From assembly GCA_036802685.1 (NCBI GenBank), contig DAIRVS010000006.1, positions 1,073-65,072 of the forward strand: a stretch of DNA of 64,000 nucleotides, written 5' to 3'. The notes beneath the pieces are model-generated. The model saw only the letters and a list, made by a program, of their open reading frames with translations. It was not told where the DNA came from and did not search any database. Source of the DNA: Myxococcota bacterium (GTDB lineage Bacteria > Myxococcota_A > Polyangia > HGW-17). A program made the position numbers and the translations under genes. Below are positions 10,448-20,594 of the stretch, piece by piece (position 1 is the stretch's first letter; every line of letters begins with the position of its first letter).

Positions 10448-10921
10448 CTAGTCGTCATTGAAGAGGTTGTCGATGTCCTCATCGGTGATTTCCTCGAAGA
10501 TCGAGGGTCTGGCCTGCTGATGCTCCTTGGCCGACATCGCGTCGAGGATGTCCTGGATATCCTTGGACGCCTTCTTGACCCGCAGCCGGACGAGCCCCAG
10601 GGAGGTCCGCTGGTCGAACAGGACCAGCAGGATCACGCGCTGGGCGACGATGGAGATGTGCACGTTGGTGTGCTCGCCCTCGTGGAACTGGCCGGTGAAC
10701 TCCTTCTCGGCCAGCAGGCGTGCGATGCCGCCGGTGGCGGCCACGTTGCCCGCGGTCAGCGAGGAAAGCGAGGTCGTGTCGATGTTCTCGATTTCTCCGG
10801 AGGAGGCGATTTCCTGGCCGTTCTTGTCGATCAGCAGCACCGCCTTGGAGTTGGCATCCCGACACAAGCGCTCGACGATTTCCTGTATCTGCCGATATTC
10901 CTCCTCGTATAACACTTCCAT
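10448..10921 (-). CDS. mglB: MglB (roadblock/LC7-fold GTPase-activating protein for MglA)
   Basis: ...[66 protein letters not shown]...[15 protein letters not shown]...DIDNLF matches M. xanthus MglB. It lies immediately upstream of mglA, as in the mglBA operon. The start was chosen at MEVLYEEE; the ORF extends to 10954. Confidence 0.9.
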   Translation of the reverse strand: MEVLYEEEYRQIQEIVERLCRDANSKAVLLIDKNGQEIASSGEIENIDTTSLSSLTAGNVAATGGIARLLAEKEFTGQFHEGEHTNVHISIVAQRVILLVLFDQRTSLGLVRLRVKKASKDIQDILDAMSAKEHQQARPSIFEEITDEDIDNLFNDD

Positions 10922-11197
10922 CGAAAATACTCCTTGGGCAAATAAAACAAGCAATCCACGTCAACGACTGGTGCCAAGGTGTATCAAAGAACCATCTTGG
11001 ACACAACCGAATTTTCACCCCGCTGGCGAAGAATCGGATTTCCCGGCAGCGGATCCGACCCGGGGGCCGCGCGCCCGGAAAAAACCTTGCCTTCCATTAG
11101 TAATGGATTGACTCCTCCCGCGAATTTGATATAGCGTAGCGCGTTCCCGAAAAGTGCAGCAACCTCACCGGGAACCCCGATTCATAGGAGTGAAGAC

Positions 11198-12022
11198 ATG
11201 CGAATCCTCTCTGTCCTTTCGGTCGTCCTGGTGCTCGCGCTCGGCGCCGCCCGGCCCGCCTCCGCGCAGAAGGCACCCACGAAAAACCTTCAGCAGGCGG
11301 ATCTGAATTATTTGCTGTTCGTGATTCAAGGTGACAACTCCGCCGACGCCCTCGCGGCCATCGCCGAGCTGGGCAAGCGCAAGACGCCTGAGTCCCTGGA
11401 AATGCTCCAGATGCAACTGCTCCTGGGTTACCCGCCCGCCATGAGCAAGGCCATGATCCAGGCGCTCGGCGCCCGCAAGGACGCCCGCTCCATGGACACG
11501 CTGACGTTCTACACGCGCCACCGCGCCCCCGAGCTGCGGGCTGAGGCCCTCGTCGCCCTGTGCGAGCTAGACTTCGGCAAGGACGCCGCCCCCGTCAAGA
11601 CCGTCAACGAGCTGCTGCTGCGCGCCCTGCGCGACTACGACGAGAGCGTGCGCCACAAGGCGGCCTGGCTGCTCGGGAAGCGCCGCGTCGCCGAGGCCGA
11701 GGAGCCGCTGCTCAAGTTGTTCGCCCGCGGATCGGCCCCCGCCATGCAGGCCCTGGGCTTCGTCGGCGGCATCCGGACCGCCCGCGCCCTGGCCCTCGCC
11801 ATGGAGAACACCAAGACCTCCAAGGAACCCCTGATCGCCACCATCGGGACGCTGCTGTCCCGGGACGACTTCGGCCCCGAACCAGTGCGCGTCCAATTGG
11901 TGCAGATCTTGGGCGACACCAACCTGCCCGGCGCACAGAACGTCCTGATGGTGTATCACGGCAGCGGCCCCGACGCGTTTCCGCGGTCCCGCAAACTCGC
12001 TTTCCAGATTCTCTCGAAATGA
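11198..12022 (+). CDS. secreted HEAT-repeat (PBS-lyase-like) protein
   Basis: Signal peptide MRILSVLSVVLVLALGAARPASA, then repeated ALxALGxxxDxRA-type HEAT-like units. Confidence 0.6.
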   Translation: MRILSVLSVVLVLALGAARPASAQKAPTKNLQQADLNYLLFVIQGDNSADALAAIAELGKRKTPESLEMLQMQLLLGYPPAMSKAMIQALGARKDARSMDTLTFYTRHRAPELRAEALVALCELDFGKDAAPVKTVNELLLRALRDYDESVRHKAAWLLGKRRVAEAEEPLLKLFARGSAPAMQALGFVGGIRTARALALAMENTKTSKEPLIATIGTLLSRDDFGPEPVRVQLVQILGDTNLPGAQNVLMVYHGSGPDAFPRSRKLAFQILSK

Positions 12023-12030
12023 GGCGCACC

Positions 12031-13878
12031 ATGAAAACTCTCGCCCGCAGCCTGTTCCTCTTCGTGCTCTTCGTCTCGGCCTGCAAGCCGCTGCCGCCGT
12101 TCCACCAGAACACCATGCCCAACGACTCGGGCAAGATCGCCAAGGCGGTCGACCGCGTCAACCTGCCACCGGCTGGTCCGATGAACGCGACCGGCGAACC
12201 CCTGGTCGTGTTCCAAGGCGCCAACCCCCGCACCGCCATCGCGGTGCAGGCCTCCTCCGGCAAGGTCCTTTGGAAGCAGCCCACCCCGGACGCCATTTCC
12301 CGCTACGTCATCGCCGGATCGCTGGTGGCCTACCTCGACCGCACCAAGGGGCTCACCGCCCTCGACGTGCGCACGGGCAGCCCGCTCTGGTCGGTCCCCA
12401 TGCGCGCCCAGCAGACGTTCATGGGCCTAGCCGGTGCCCCCAACGGCAAGATCGCTTACGTCACGAACTTCAAGCCCGCCGGCGATCCCCTCAACCAGGT
12501 GTCCACCATCACCATCCTCGGCTCGGACGGCAAGGAGATCTGGTCCCTCGAGGCCAACGGCCGCATGGGCCTGCCCCTGATGACCAACAACGTCGTGGTG
12601 GTGCCCTATCGCAACCAGCACCTGGTCCTGCTCGACACATCCAAGCCGCAGGAGCTCGCGCGCATCCTGATCCCCAAGGGCGAGGTCCGCTTCATGTCCG
12701 CCTCCTCCGAGGGCATCTTCTTCGGTGACCGCCGGGGCATGTACCGGCTCGCCGACGACATCGTCGAGGCCGTCGAGAAGGCCCCGACCACCATGACCAC
12801 CGACATCGCCAACGTCGAGTTCCGGTACTCCCTGGACCGTTACGATCCCGTCACGGTGGACTACTCCGCCTACGAGGTCCGGTCCCTGCTGGCCTCCTGG
12901 ACCCGCGGCAAGGGCGGCCGCGCCGCGCTCCAGGACGGTCGCTTCGTGATCCACATGTTCAAGTACTTCCTCGGCTTCTCCGTGGACGAGAAGTCCCAGG
13001 CCACCCTCCAGTGGGCGGTCATGCACCCCTACACCGATGAACTGATCGGCTCCACCGCCCAGAAAGAGTACGTCTTCTACGCCAAGGCCGACGGCTCCCT
13101 CGAGGCCCTGCGCCTCGCCACCGGCGAGCGCGTGTGGCGCACCGAGCCCCTGGGCATCCGCATGCGTGGCGCGACCTTCGACGTTGCCGGGCTCGTGCCG
13201 CCGACCGCGGCCGAGGTCGAGGCGCCGATCCCGCTCCTGGACGCCCTGACCGCCATCGCCAATGACCCCGACTCGCGGTACCCCCTCGCCAAGCGCCTGG
13301 CCATCGACGCGCTGGCCGTGGTCGGCGGCGCCGGCGTGGGCCGCCTCATCAAGATGCTCACCAACCCCCAGAGCTCCCCCGAGCTTCGGGAGAAGGCCTC
13401 CCGCGACCTCATCGCCCGCCCGGATCCCAACGGCGTGCCCCTCTACCTGAGCCTGCTCCAGCAGCCCTTCGACTTCATCAAGGGGACCCGCCCGCAGGCC
13501 GTCGAGGTCATGGCGACCGTGCTCGGTGCCCTGAAGACCAAGGAGGCGGTGCCCACCATGCTTCAACTCCTGGCCCACCCCGACACCACCCAGAAGGAGC
13601 TGGTCGCCCTCACCGAAGCCCTGCTGGCCATCGGTGACAAGGCCATCATCCGTCCGTTCCGCGAGTTCCTGCTGGCCTACCGCGCGGATCCGGCCTTCGC
13701 CCAGGACATCCACGCCCTGCAGAAGATGGCCGAGGCCCTATTCCAGATCGGTGGCCCGGCCGAGCGCCAGGTCCTCGTGTTCCTGACCGAGGACGCGCGC
13801 ACCCTGCCCCGCCTGCAGGAGTACATCACGCGCATGTTCGAGGAGAGCCGGAAGGCCCCGAAACCCGCCAAGCCGTAG
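12031..13878 (+). CDS. lipoprotein with a PQQ-like beta-propeller N-terminal region and C-terminal HEAT repeats
   Basis: MKTLARSLFLFVLFVSAC lipobox; repeated G..LW/VW motifs (GKVLWKQ, GSPLWSV, GKEIWSL, GERVWRT); C-terminal HEAT-like repeats. The start was set after the upstream stop; the long upstream ORF extension is out-of-context. Confidence 0.6.
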   Translation: MKTLARSLFLFVLFVSACKPLPPFHQNTMPNDSGKIAKAVDRVNLPPAGPMNATGEPLVVFQGANPRTAIAVQASSGKVLWKQPTPDAISRYVIAGSLVAYLDRTKGLTALDVRTGSPLWSVPMRAQQTFMGLAGAPNGKIAYVTNFKPAGDPLNQVSTITILGSDGKEIWSLEANGRMGLPLMTNNVVVVPYRNQHLVLLDTSKPQELARILIPKGEVRFMSASSEGIFFGDRRGMYRLADDIVEAVEKAPTTMTTDIANVEFRYSLDRYDPVTVDYSAYEVRSLLASWTRGKGGRAALQDGRFVIHMFKYFLGFSVDEKSQATLQWAVMHPYTDELIGSTAQKEYVFYAKADGSLEALRLATGERVWRTEPLGIRMRGATFDVAGLVPPTAAEVEAPIPLLDALTAIANDPDSRYPLAKRLAIDALAVVGGAGVGRLIKMLTNPQSSPELREKASRDLIARPDPNGVPLYLSLLQQPFDFIKGTRPQAVEVMATVLGALKTKEAVPTMLQLLAHPDTTQKELVALTEALLAIGDKAIIRPFREFLLAYRADPAFAQDIHALQKMAEALFQIGGPAERQVLVFLTEDARTLPRLQEYITRMFEESRKAPKPAKP

Positions 13879-13893
13879 CGTCACGGAGCCCCC

Positions 13894-15438
13894 ATGGCCC
13901 TCGATTTCTTCACCAAACGCAAGATCCGCAAGGAAGCCAAGCAACTGGAACAGACGCTGCAGACCGAGGACCGCCCGGACCTGCGCCTGCGCCTGGCCGG
14001 CCTCTACCGCAAGCTCGACCGCGACGACGAGGCCAAGTCGCAGTACCGCATCGTGACCCAGGCCTACCTCGACGCCGGCAAGCGCGGCCAGGCCGAGGCC
14101 GTGTGCCGCAGCGTGCTCGAGTTCTATCCGGGGATCGCCGAGTTCCAGCAGTTGTTCTCGACGATCACGGGCAAGAGCTTCGGCACCCCCGAGCCGCCCC
14201 CGCCCCCGCCCCCGGCCGGCGAGCCGTCGGCCGACGAGGACGTGGGCCAAATGATGAACCACTGGTCCGAACCCGAGGACCCGACGCCCATCGCCGACTA
14301 CAACCAGATCAAGATGGACACCTGGCAGGACGAGAGCGATCCCGGTGCGCGCCGCATCCCCAGCCCACCCGCGGGCGTGCCGCGCATCGCGGCGACCCTC
14401 TCGGAGACGATCACCCACCGCTTCCCCACCCGCGAGGACCGGCTGTCGTCCATCGCCAACGCCGGCGCCAACCGCAACGAGACCATCGACGTGTTCAAGG
14501 GCCAGGACGAGGACATGTTCTCCGCCGCCTGGGAGGACGATCCCACCAGCGACAAGACCCCGGACCGCTTCGAGGCGGCCGACGAGCTCGAGCCCGACGA
14601 CGACTTCTGGACCACCGCCCCGCTCTTGCGCGAGCTCGACGCCGCCACCCGCGAGGCCCTGCGCGCGCAGGTGGCCACCGCCGCCTACGACCCCGGCACC
14701 GTCATCGTGCGCGAGGGCGATCCGGGCAGCTCGCTGTTCCTGATCATCGACGGCGAGGTGCGCGTGACCAAGCTTCAGGCCTCCGGCGAGGAGCTCGAGA
14801 TCAACACGCTCAACGCGGGCGAGTTCTTCGGCGAGTTCGCGCTCCTGACCGACCAGAAGCGCCACGCCTCCATCACGGCCTCGACGCGCACCACCGTGCT
14901 CGAGATCTCCAAGAAGACCGTGCAGGAGATCAGCAAGAAGTTCCCCGCCATCCTCGAGGTCATCAAGCGGTTCTACCGCCAGCGGCTGCAGGATCTGATG
15001 ATCAAGAACCTGTCGTTCTTCAACCTCATCTCCGAGGAGAAGCGCGCCCAGTACCTGGCCGATCTGCACTTCCACCGCTTCGGCGCCGGCACCCCCATCA
15101 TCAAGCAGGGCTCCAAGGGCGGCGGCTTCTTCCTGATCCTGCTCGGCGAGGTCGAGGTGCTCGTCGAGGCCGACGACACGAACCCCGAGAAGATCCTGAG
15201 CGTGCTCGGCGAGGGCGAGTACTTCGGCGAGATGGCCCTCCTCAAGCGCAAGCCCGCCATGGCCACGGTGCGCTCGCGCACCTTCGTCGAGATCGTCCAG
15301 GTCCCGGCGAAGACCTTCTTCCAGATCCTCGCCGACCACCCGCCCATCTGGCGGCAGATGCAGGAAGAGGTCGAGAAGCGCCAGCTCCTCAACCACTACT
15401 TCATCTCCGGCCGCAGCAGCCAGTTGATTTCGTATTGA
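13894..15438 (+). CDS. protein with an N-terminal TPR-like region and two cyclic-nucleotide-binding (CAP/cNMP) domains
   Basis: Two cNMP signatures: GEFFGEFALL..RHASITA and GEYFGEMALL..PAMATVRS, each preceded by a beta-roll (IIDGEVRV / ILLGEVEV). Confidence 0.75.
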   Translation: MALDFFTKRKIRKEAKQLEQTLQTEDRPDLRLRLAGLYRKLDRDDEAKSQYRIVTQAYLDAGKRGQAEAVCRSVLEFYPGIAEFQQLFSTITGKSFGTPEPPPPPPPAGEPSADEDVGQMMNHWSEPEDPTPIADYNQIKMDTWQDESDPGARRIPSPPAGVPRIAATLSETITHRFPTREDRLSSIANAGANRNETIDVFKGQDEDMFSAAWEDDPTSDKTPDRFEAADELEPDDDFWTTAPLLRELDAATREALRAQVATAAYDPGTVIVREGDPGSSLFLIIDGEVRVTKLQASGEELEINTLNAGEFFGEFALLTDQKRHASITASTRTTVLEISKKTVQEISKKFPAILEVIKRFYRQRLQDLMIKNLSFFNLISEEKRAQYLADLHFHRFGAGTPIIKQGSKGGGFFLILLGEVEVLVEADDTNPEKILSVLGEGEYFGEMALLKRKPAMATVRSRTFVEIVQVPAKTFFQILADHPPIWRQMQEEVEKRQLLNHYFISGRSSQLISY

Positions 15439-15445
15439 TCCCTTT

Positions 15446-15470
15446 CCCCGGGTTGGTCCCCTACCCGGGG
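15446..15470. terminator. conserved post-gene hairpin ccccgggt-(loop)-acccgggg (family element)
   Basis: 8-bp perfect stem 8 nt after the stop at 15438. It shares GGTCCCCTACCCGGGG with the element at 47766 and CCCGGGTAG/CTACCCGGG with the one at 18423. Confidence 0.5.
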
Positions 15471-17089
15471 ATACGGGCGCGGGCGCTGCGTCCCGGCTGC
15501 ACGGCCGCGACGAACGTGAGGCCGGGGTTGGACTCCTCGGCGCGGCGCAGGTAGAACTCCGTCTCGAACAACAGCAGCGGGCGGCCCTCGACTTCCAGAA
15601 CGCACGAACTGATGCCCGGGCGTTCGAACTTCTCCGGGTCGAGCTCGCCCTCCACCCAGCGCGCGTGGCGGTACGGCAGGCGATCGAACCGGATCGAGGC
15701 GCCGTACTCGTCCTGCAGGCGGTACTGGGTGACCTCGAACTGCAGGACGCCCACGGCCCCCAGGATCGGATCGCGCTCCATGCGGTGACGGTCGTAGAAC
15801 AGTTGGACCGCCCCCTCCTCGGACAACTGCTCGAGCCCCTTCTTCATCTGCTTGCGCTTCATCGGATCGGTCATGACGACCCGCACGAAGTGCTCGGGAG
15901 AGAAGCGGGGGATGCCCTCGAACTCGCGGGGTTCGCCCTCGCACAGGCTGTCGCCGATGCGCAGCACGCCGGGATCCCAAAGTCCGATGACGTCCCCGGA
16001 CCAGGCCTCCTCGACCTGGACGCGATCCTGGGCGAAGAACTGGAACGACTTCGCCAGGGAGAGCTCCTTGCCGGTGCGGGCGTGGAGGACCGTCATCTCC
16101 CGGGTGAAGCGCCCGGAGCAGACGCGGGCGAAGGCGATGCGGTCCCGGTGGCGCGGATCCATGTTCGCCTGGATCTTGAAGACGAAGGCCGAGAACCCGG
16201 GCGCGTCCGGGGCCAACTCGCCCAGGCTCGTCTGCCGGGGTCGCGGTCCAGGCGCCAGCTCGACGAAGGCGTCGAGGAAGGGCTCCACGCCGAAGTTGGT
16301 CATCGCGCTGGCGAAGAACACCGGCGTGAGCCGGCCGGCCAGGAAGGCCTCCCGATCCCACGGGACGCTCGCGCCGTCGAGGAGCTCGAGCTCCTCGAGG
16401 AGCTGGTCGTGGGTCTTCGCGCCCACCTGGATCCGGAAACCCTGGTCCCGGACGTCGCCCACCTGCACGGGCGCCGGGAGGGCGCCGCCCGCGACGCGCT
16501 CGAACCGCAGCATCCGGTGGTGCAGGCGGTCGTAGACGCCCTGGAACGCCGAGCCGGCGCCCACCGGCCAAGTGTGAGCGTGGCAGGGGATGCCCAGCAC
16601 CTTCTCGATCTCGTCGAGCAGGTCGAACGGATCGCGGCCGACCCGATCCATCTTATTGATGAAGGTGACGATGGGGATGCCCCGCATGCGGCACACCTGG
16701 AACAACTTGATGGTCTGGGGCTCCACGCCCTTGACGCAGTCGATGAGCATCACCGCGCAGTCCGCGGCCGCCAGGGTCCGGTAGGTGTCCTCGGAGAAGT
16801 CGTTGTGGCCGGGCGTGTCCAGCAGGTTCATCCGCCGGCCGCGGTACTCGAACTGCAGCACGCTCGTGGAGATCGAGATGCCCCGCTGGCGCTCGAGCTC
16901 CATCCAGTCGCTGGTGGTCGCGCGGTCGTTGCGCCGCTGCTTGATGGAGCCGGCCAGATGGATCGCGCCACCGTACAGCAGCAGCTTCTCCGTGAGGGTG
17001 GTCTTGCCCGCGTCCGGGTGGGAGATGATCGCGAAGGTGCGGCGCCGGGCGATCTCTTCGGACAGGCGGCTCGTGTCGTTGGGGTTCAT
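15461..17089 (-). CDS. prfC: peptide chain release factor 3
   Basis: [37 protein letters not shown]...DTPGHNDF... translational GTPase with RF3-specific C-terminal domains; 543 aa. The ORF prefix upstream of MNPND is GC-rich read-through. Confidence 0.9.
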   Translation of the reverse strand: MNPNDTSRLSEEIARRRTFAIISHPDAGKTTLTEKLLLYGGAIHLAGSIKQRRNDRATTSDWMELERQRGISISTSVLQFEYRGRRMNLLDTPGHNDFSEDTYRTLAAADCAVMLIDCVKGVEPQTIKLFQVCRMRGIPIVTFINKMDRVGRDPFDLLDEIEKVLGIPCHAHTWPVGAGSAFQGVYDRLHHRMLRFERVAGGALPAPVQVGDVRDQGFRIQVGAKTHDQLLEELELLDGASVPWDREAFLAGRLTPVFFASAMTNFGVEPFLDAFVELAPGPRPRQTSLGELAPDAPGFSAFVFKIQANMDPRHRDRIAFARVCSGRFTREMTVLHARTGKELSLAKSFQFFAQDRVQVEEAWSGDVIGLWDPGVLRIGDSLCEGEPREFEGIPRFSPEHFVRVVMTDPMKRKQMKKGLEQLSEEGAVQLFYDRHRMERDPILGAVGVLQFEVTQYRLQDEYGASIRFDRLPYRHARWVEGELDPEKFERPGISSCVLEVEGRPLLLFETEFYLRRAEESNPGLTFVAAVQPGRSARARIPG

Positions 17090-17333
17090 GGCGGCTCCCA
17101 TCCAGGGGTGGGAAAACCCCGTGGACGCGGCACCGCCTATACCCCAGGGCGGCGCCGCGGGCAAGGCCAATCGTCGGACCGACGACGACCCCGTCCCCGC
17201 GCCGCGGCCGTCACCGGCCGTTTTCCCGGACCTCACGCGATATCTGTTGATCTTTTCCCCGTTTCTTTCTAAACGGTGGGAATCCCGGCCCCCGAAGGCA
17301 GGCCGGCACCATTCACCCACGGAGGTACTTTCC

Positions 17334-18311
17334 ATGCCCATGAATCTACGCGGTCGCAACTTCCTCAAAGAGCTCGATTTCACCCCCGGAGAGATCGGCT
17401 ACCTGCTGGATCTGGCCCGCAAACTGAAAGACGACAAGAAGGTCGGCATCCGCCACCGCCTGCTCGAGGGCAAGAACATCGCGCTGATCTTCGAGAAGCC
17501 CTCCACCCGCACCCGCTGCGCGTTCGTGGTCGCCTGCGTGGACGAGGGCGCCCACCCCGAATACCTCGGCAAGAACGACCTGCAGTTCGGCAAGAAGGAG
17601 AGCGTAAAGGATACCGCCCGCGTGCTGGGCCGCATGTTCGACGCCATCGAGTTCCGCGGCTTCAGCCACGACACCGTCGAGCAGCTCGCTCAGTGGGCCG
17701 GCGTGCCCGTGTGGAACGGCCTCACCGACCTGTGGCACCCCACCCAGATGCTCGCCGACTTCCAGACCGTCATCGAGGAATTTGGCTCGCTCGCCGGCGT
17801 GGGCTTCGCCTACGTGGGTGACGGCCGCAACAACGTGGCGCGCTCGCTGCTGGTGGGCGGCGCCAAGATGGGCATGGACATGCGCATCGTGAGCCCGCGG
17901 GACCTGTTCCCCGAGAAGGAGCTCGTCGACACCGTGAAGAAGATCGCCGCCGAGACCGGCGGGAAGATCACGATCACCGACAAGATCGCCGCCGGCGTGA
18001 AGCACGCCAAGGTGCTCTACACGGACGTGTGGGTCTCCATGGGCGAAGAGGCCGTGTGGGCCGAGCGCCTGAAGAAACTGCGCCCGTTCCAGGTCAACCA
18101 GAAGATGCTGGACATGACCGACGAGAACGACGTCATCTTCCTGCACTGCTTGCCGGCGTTCCACAACCACGACACCGAGATGACCAAGACCGAGGGCGCC
18201 CTGGAGGTCTCCGAGGAGGTCTTCGAGGGTCCGCACTCCCGCGTCTTCGACGAGGCCGAGAACCGCGTCCACACCATCAAGGCCGTCATGGTCTCCACGC
18301 TCGGCGCGTAA
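17334..18311 (+). CDS. argF: ornithine carbamoyltransferase
   Basis: STRTR carbamoyl-phosphate motif, HCLP motif, and DxxxSMG ornithine-binding region; a GGAGG ribosome-binding site lies 8 nt upstream. Confidence 0.9.
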   Translation: MPMNLRGRNFLKELDFTPGEIGYLLDLARKLKDDKKVGIRHRLLEGKNIALIFEKPSTRTRCAFVVACVDEGAHPEYLGKNDLQFGKKESVKDTARVLGRMFDAIEFRGFSHDTVEQLAQWAGVPVWNGLTDLWHPTQMLADFQTVIEEFGSLAGVGFAYVGDGRNNVARSLLVGGAKMGMDMRIVSPRDLFPEKELVDTVKKIAAETGGKITITDKIAAGVKHAKVLYTDVWVSMGEEAVWAERLKKLRPFQVNQKMLDMTDENDVIFLHCLPAFHNHDTEMTKTEGALEVSEEVFEGPHSRVFDEAENRVHTIKAVMVSTLGA

Positions 18312-18334
18312 GACCGGTTTCGAGCCCACAACCC

Positions 18335-18395
18335 CCCGTAGCCTGCGAAGTTGCTCGACCGGGGACGGTCGGCGCAACCCGGCAGGCTACAGGGG
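18335..18395. terminator. nested hairpin downstream of argF
   Basis: ccccgtagcctgc ... gcaggctac(a)gggg (13-bp arms, one bulge) enclosing the inner repeat cgaccg/cggtcg. Confidence 0.45.
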
Positions 18396-18422
18396 GCTAG
18401 CATAAACTGGAAACATGCCTGC

Positions 18423-18463
18423 CCCGGGTAGCTCGCCGACCGAGAACGGTCGGGCTACCCGGG
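18423..18463. terminator. family hairpin cccgggtagc...gctacccggg followed by an A-run
   Basis: 10-bp perfect arms with an inner gccgaccg/cggtcggg repeat, then gggaaaaaca. Confidence 0.5.
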
Positions 18464-18487
18464 AAAAACATCAAAAGAAAAAACAGC

Positions 18488-18516
18488 TTGACGCCCGTGT
18501 TTTGGTGCGCTATGTA
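18488..18516 (+). promoter_or_regulatory. sigma70-like promoter for the YtrA-type ABC operon
   Basis: TTGACG, a 17-nt spacer, then TATGTA; the operator palindrome and a GGAGG ribosome-binding site follow before the ATG at 18559. Confidence 0.45.
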
Positions 18517-18522
18517 GCTAGT

Positions 18523-18548
18523 GTGCTAGTTCACTAGTACACTAGCAC
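18523..18548. promoter_or_regulatory. 26-bp palindromic operator, candidate binding site for the GntR/YtrA-family regulator
   Basis: gtgctagt-tcactagtac-actagcac, perfectly symmetric at the ends (gtgctagt / actagcac), lying between the -10 and the ribosome-binding site. Confidence 0.5.
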
Positions 18549-18558
18549 GGAGGCACTC

Positions 18559-19419
18559 ATGATCGAAATCCACGACATCCACTTCAAATATTTGAAAAAG
18601 CCCCTCTTCCAGGGCCTGGACCTGACCCTGCGGCCGGGGAACCTGTACGGCCTGCTGGGCAAGAACGGCGCCGGCAAGACCACGCTGCTGAAGTTGTGCT
18701 GCGGCCTGCTCTCCCCCCAGGGCGGAAGCCTGCGCGTCTTCGACCGCGTGCCCCACCTGCGCCAGCCGGCCTTCCTCTCGGATTTGTTCCTGGTCCCCGA
18801 GGAGTTCGTGCTGCCGCCGGTCTCCGGCGCCCTGTACCGGGACATGCTCGCCCCGCTCTACCCCGCCTTCTCCCGGGAGCGGCTCGAGGCGCACCTGACC
18901 GAGTTCGAGCTGCCCATGCCGGACCGCCTGGACCGCCTGTCCCACGGCCAGAAGAAGAAGTTCCTGCTGGCCTTCGGCCTGTCCACGGGGGCGCGCTTTC
19001 TGCTCCTGGACGAGCCCACCAACGGCCTGGACATCCCCTCCAAGGGCCAGTTCCGCAAGATCCTGGCCTCGGAGCTCGACGCCGAGCGGGTGATCCTGGT
19101 CTCCACCCACCAGGTCCGCGACATGGAGCACCTGATCGACCCCATCGTGATCCTGGACTCGGGGCGGATCCTCTTCTCCCAGTCCCTCGAGGACTTCTCC
19201 GCGCGCTACAGCCTGCTCCACGGCGAGGTGCCCCCCGGCGCCCGGGTGCTCTACGAGGAGCACGTGCTGGGCAAGAGCCTGTCGCTGGTCGAGGGCGCCC
19301 ACCCCGGCGCCCTGCCGCTGGACCTGGAGTTCCTCTTCAAGGCCGTCACCGCGGCCCCCGAACACTTCGTCTCCGCGGCCTCGCCCGCGACCGCCCACCC
19401 GGAGGTGGCCCATGCGTAA
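18559..19419 (+). CDS. ABC transporter ATP-binding protein (YtrB-like)
   Basis: Walker A GKNGAGKTT, signature LSHGQKKK, Walker B LLLDEPTNGLD. Confidence 0.85.
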   Translation: MIEIHDIHFKYLKKPLFQGLDLTLRPGNLYGLLGKNGAGKTTLLKLCCGLLSPQGGSLRVFDRVPHLRQPAFLSDLFLVPEEFVLPPVSGALYRDMLAPLYPAFSRERLEAHLTEFELPMPDRLDRLSHGQKKKFLLAFGLSTGARFLLLDEPTNGLDIPSKGQFRKILASELDAERVILVSTHQVRDMEHLIDPIVILDSGRILFSQSLEDFSARYSLLHGEVPPGARVLYEEHVLGKSLSLVEGAHPGALPLDLEFLFKAVTAAPEHFVSAASPATAHPEVAHA

Positions 19420-20203
19420 ACCCGAGCTCTCCTTCTCCCGCCTGCTGCGCCTCCTGTGGATGGACGCGCGCTTCTGGACCCGCCCCCTGGCCATCGGCGG
19501 CGGCGCCCTCGCCCTGGGCGTGATCGCCCTGTCGTTCCTCGCCGCCTTCCGGCGCGGCGGAGACGGCTTCCACGCGGGGATGTACGCCTGGATCATGGGC
19601 CTGGGCGGCCTGATCTTCACCAGCCGCGCCTTCCTCGAGCTGCGCCACCCCCTCTCCACCCAGCACTACCTGCTGATCCCGGCCTCGTTCGAGGAGAAGT
19701 TCCTCTCGCGCTACCTGCTCAGTTCCCTCGGCTACCTGGTCGCCTCGTACGTGGGCTACCTGGTCGTCCAACTGATCTCCGAGGGGCTGAACGAGTTGAT
19801 CCTGGGCCGCTCCAACCCGCTGTTCTTCTTCGGCAGCCTGCACCACCTGCAGGTGGTCGCCGTCTACCTGGCCTTCCAGAGCCTGTTCTTCGCCGGCGCC
19901 GTGTACTTCCGCAAGTACTCGCTGATCAAGACCTGCCTCTCGGTGATGGCCCTGTTCTTCCTGTTGATGATCCTCGGCTACGTGGCGTTCCGCCTGATGT
20001 TCCTCGGCTACTTCGACGGCATGCAACCCTCCGAGGCCGTCATGCTCACGTTCGCCCGCATGGGCGTCACCGGGGATCTGACGGTGGCCTACTACCCGCT
20101 CAAGGCATGGACCGAGTGGGCCGCCCGCATCTTCTTCTGGGGCGCCATGCCGCTTAGCGCCCTCGCGTTCGCCTACTTCCGGCTGCGCGAGACGGAGGTG
20201 TGA
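19412..20203 (+). CDS. ABC-2-type / YtrC-D-like integral membrane permease
   Basis: 263-aa polytopic membrane protein whose start overlaps the ATPase stop (ATGCGTAA). Confidence 0.6.
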   Translation: MRKPELSFSRLLRLLWMDARFWTRPLAIGGGALALGVIALSFLAAFRRGGDGFHAGMYAWIMGLGGLIFTSRAFLELRHPLSTQHYLLIPASFEEKFLSRYLLSSLGYLVASYVGYLVVQLISEGLNELILGRSNPLFFFGSLHHLQVVAVYLAFQSLFFAGAVYFRKYSLIKTCLSVMALFFLLMILGYVAFRLMFLGYFDGMQPSEAVMLTFARMGVTGDLTVAYYPLKAWTEWAARIFFWGAMPLSALAFAYFRLRETEV

Positions 20204-20204
20204 G

Positions 20205-20594
20205 ATGCAGTTCACCGATCCCAAGGCCATTTACCTGCAACTGGCCGACTCGGTGTGCGACCTGATCCTGCGGGGCGTCTACCCGCAGGGGGGCAAGATC
20301 CCCTCGGTCCGCGAGCTCGCCGCCGAGGCCGGCGTGAACCCCAACACCATCCTGAGGACCGTGTCGCACCTGACCGACCAGGGCATCCTCTTCAACCAGC
20401 GGGGCGTGGGCACCTTCGTGTCCGACGACGCCCGGGAGACCATCATGCAACAGCGCAAGAAGACCTTTCTAGACGAGGAGTTGACCCAGTTCTTCCAGAA
20501 AATCGAGCTGCTCGGCCTGGACTTCGCCGACCTGGCGCCCCTGTGGCAAGAGTGGGTGGCCGCCCGCCGGGAGGTGCGTCATGAAAACCAGTAG
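20205..20594 (+). CDS. GntR-family (YtrA subfamily) transcriptional regulator
   Basis: Winged-HTH KIPSVRELAAEAGVNPNTILRTVSHLTDQGIL with a short C-terminal domain typical of YtrA. Confidence 0.8.
   Translation: MQFTDPKAIYLQLADSVCDLILRGVYPQGGKIPSVRELAAEAGVNPNTILRTVSHLTDQGILFNQRGVGTFVSDDARETIMQQRKKTFLDEELTQFFQKIELLGLDFADLAPLWQEWVAARREVRHENQ

Noticed and set aside
11560-12030. N-terminal 157-aa extension of ORF 11560..13878 (Arg/Pro-rich)
   Set aside because: It overlaps the upstream HEAT-repeat gene in another frame. The real start is the Met after that gene's stop, followed by a lipoprotein signal.
15396-16571. ORFs 15396..16571 (minus) and 15665..17272 (plus) inside prfC
   Set aside because: These are alternate-frame or antisense ORFs of a well-supported RF3 gene.
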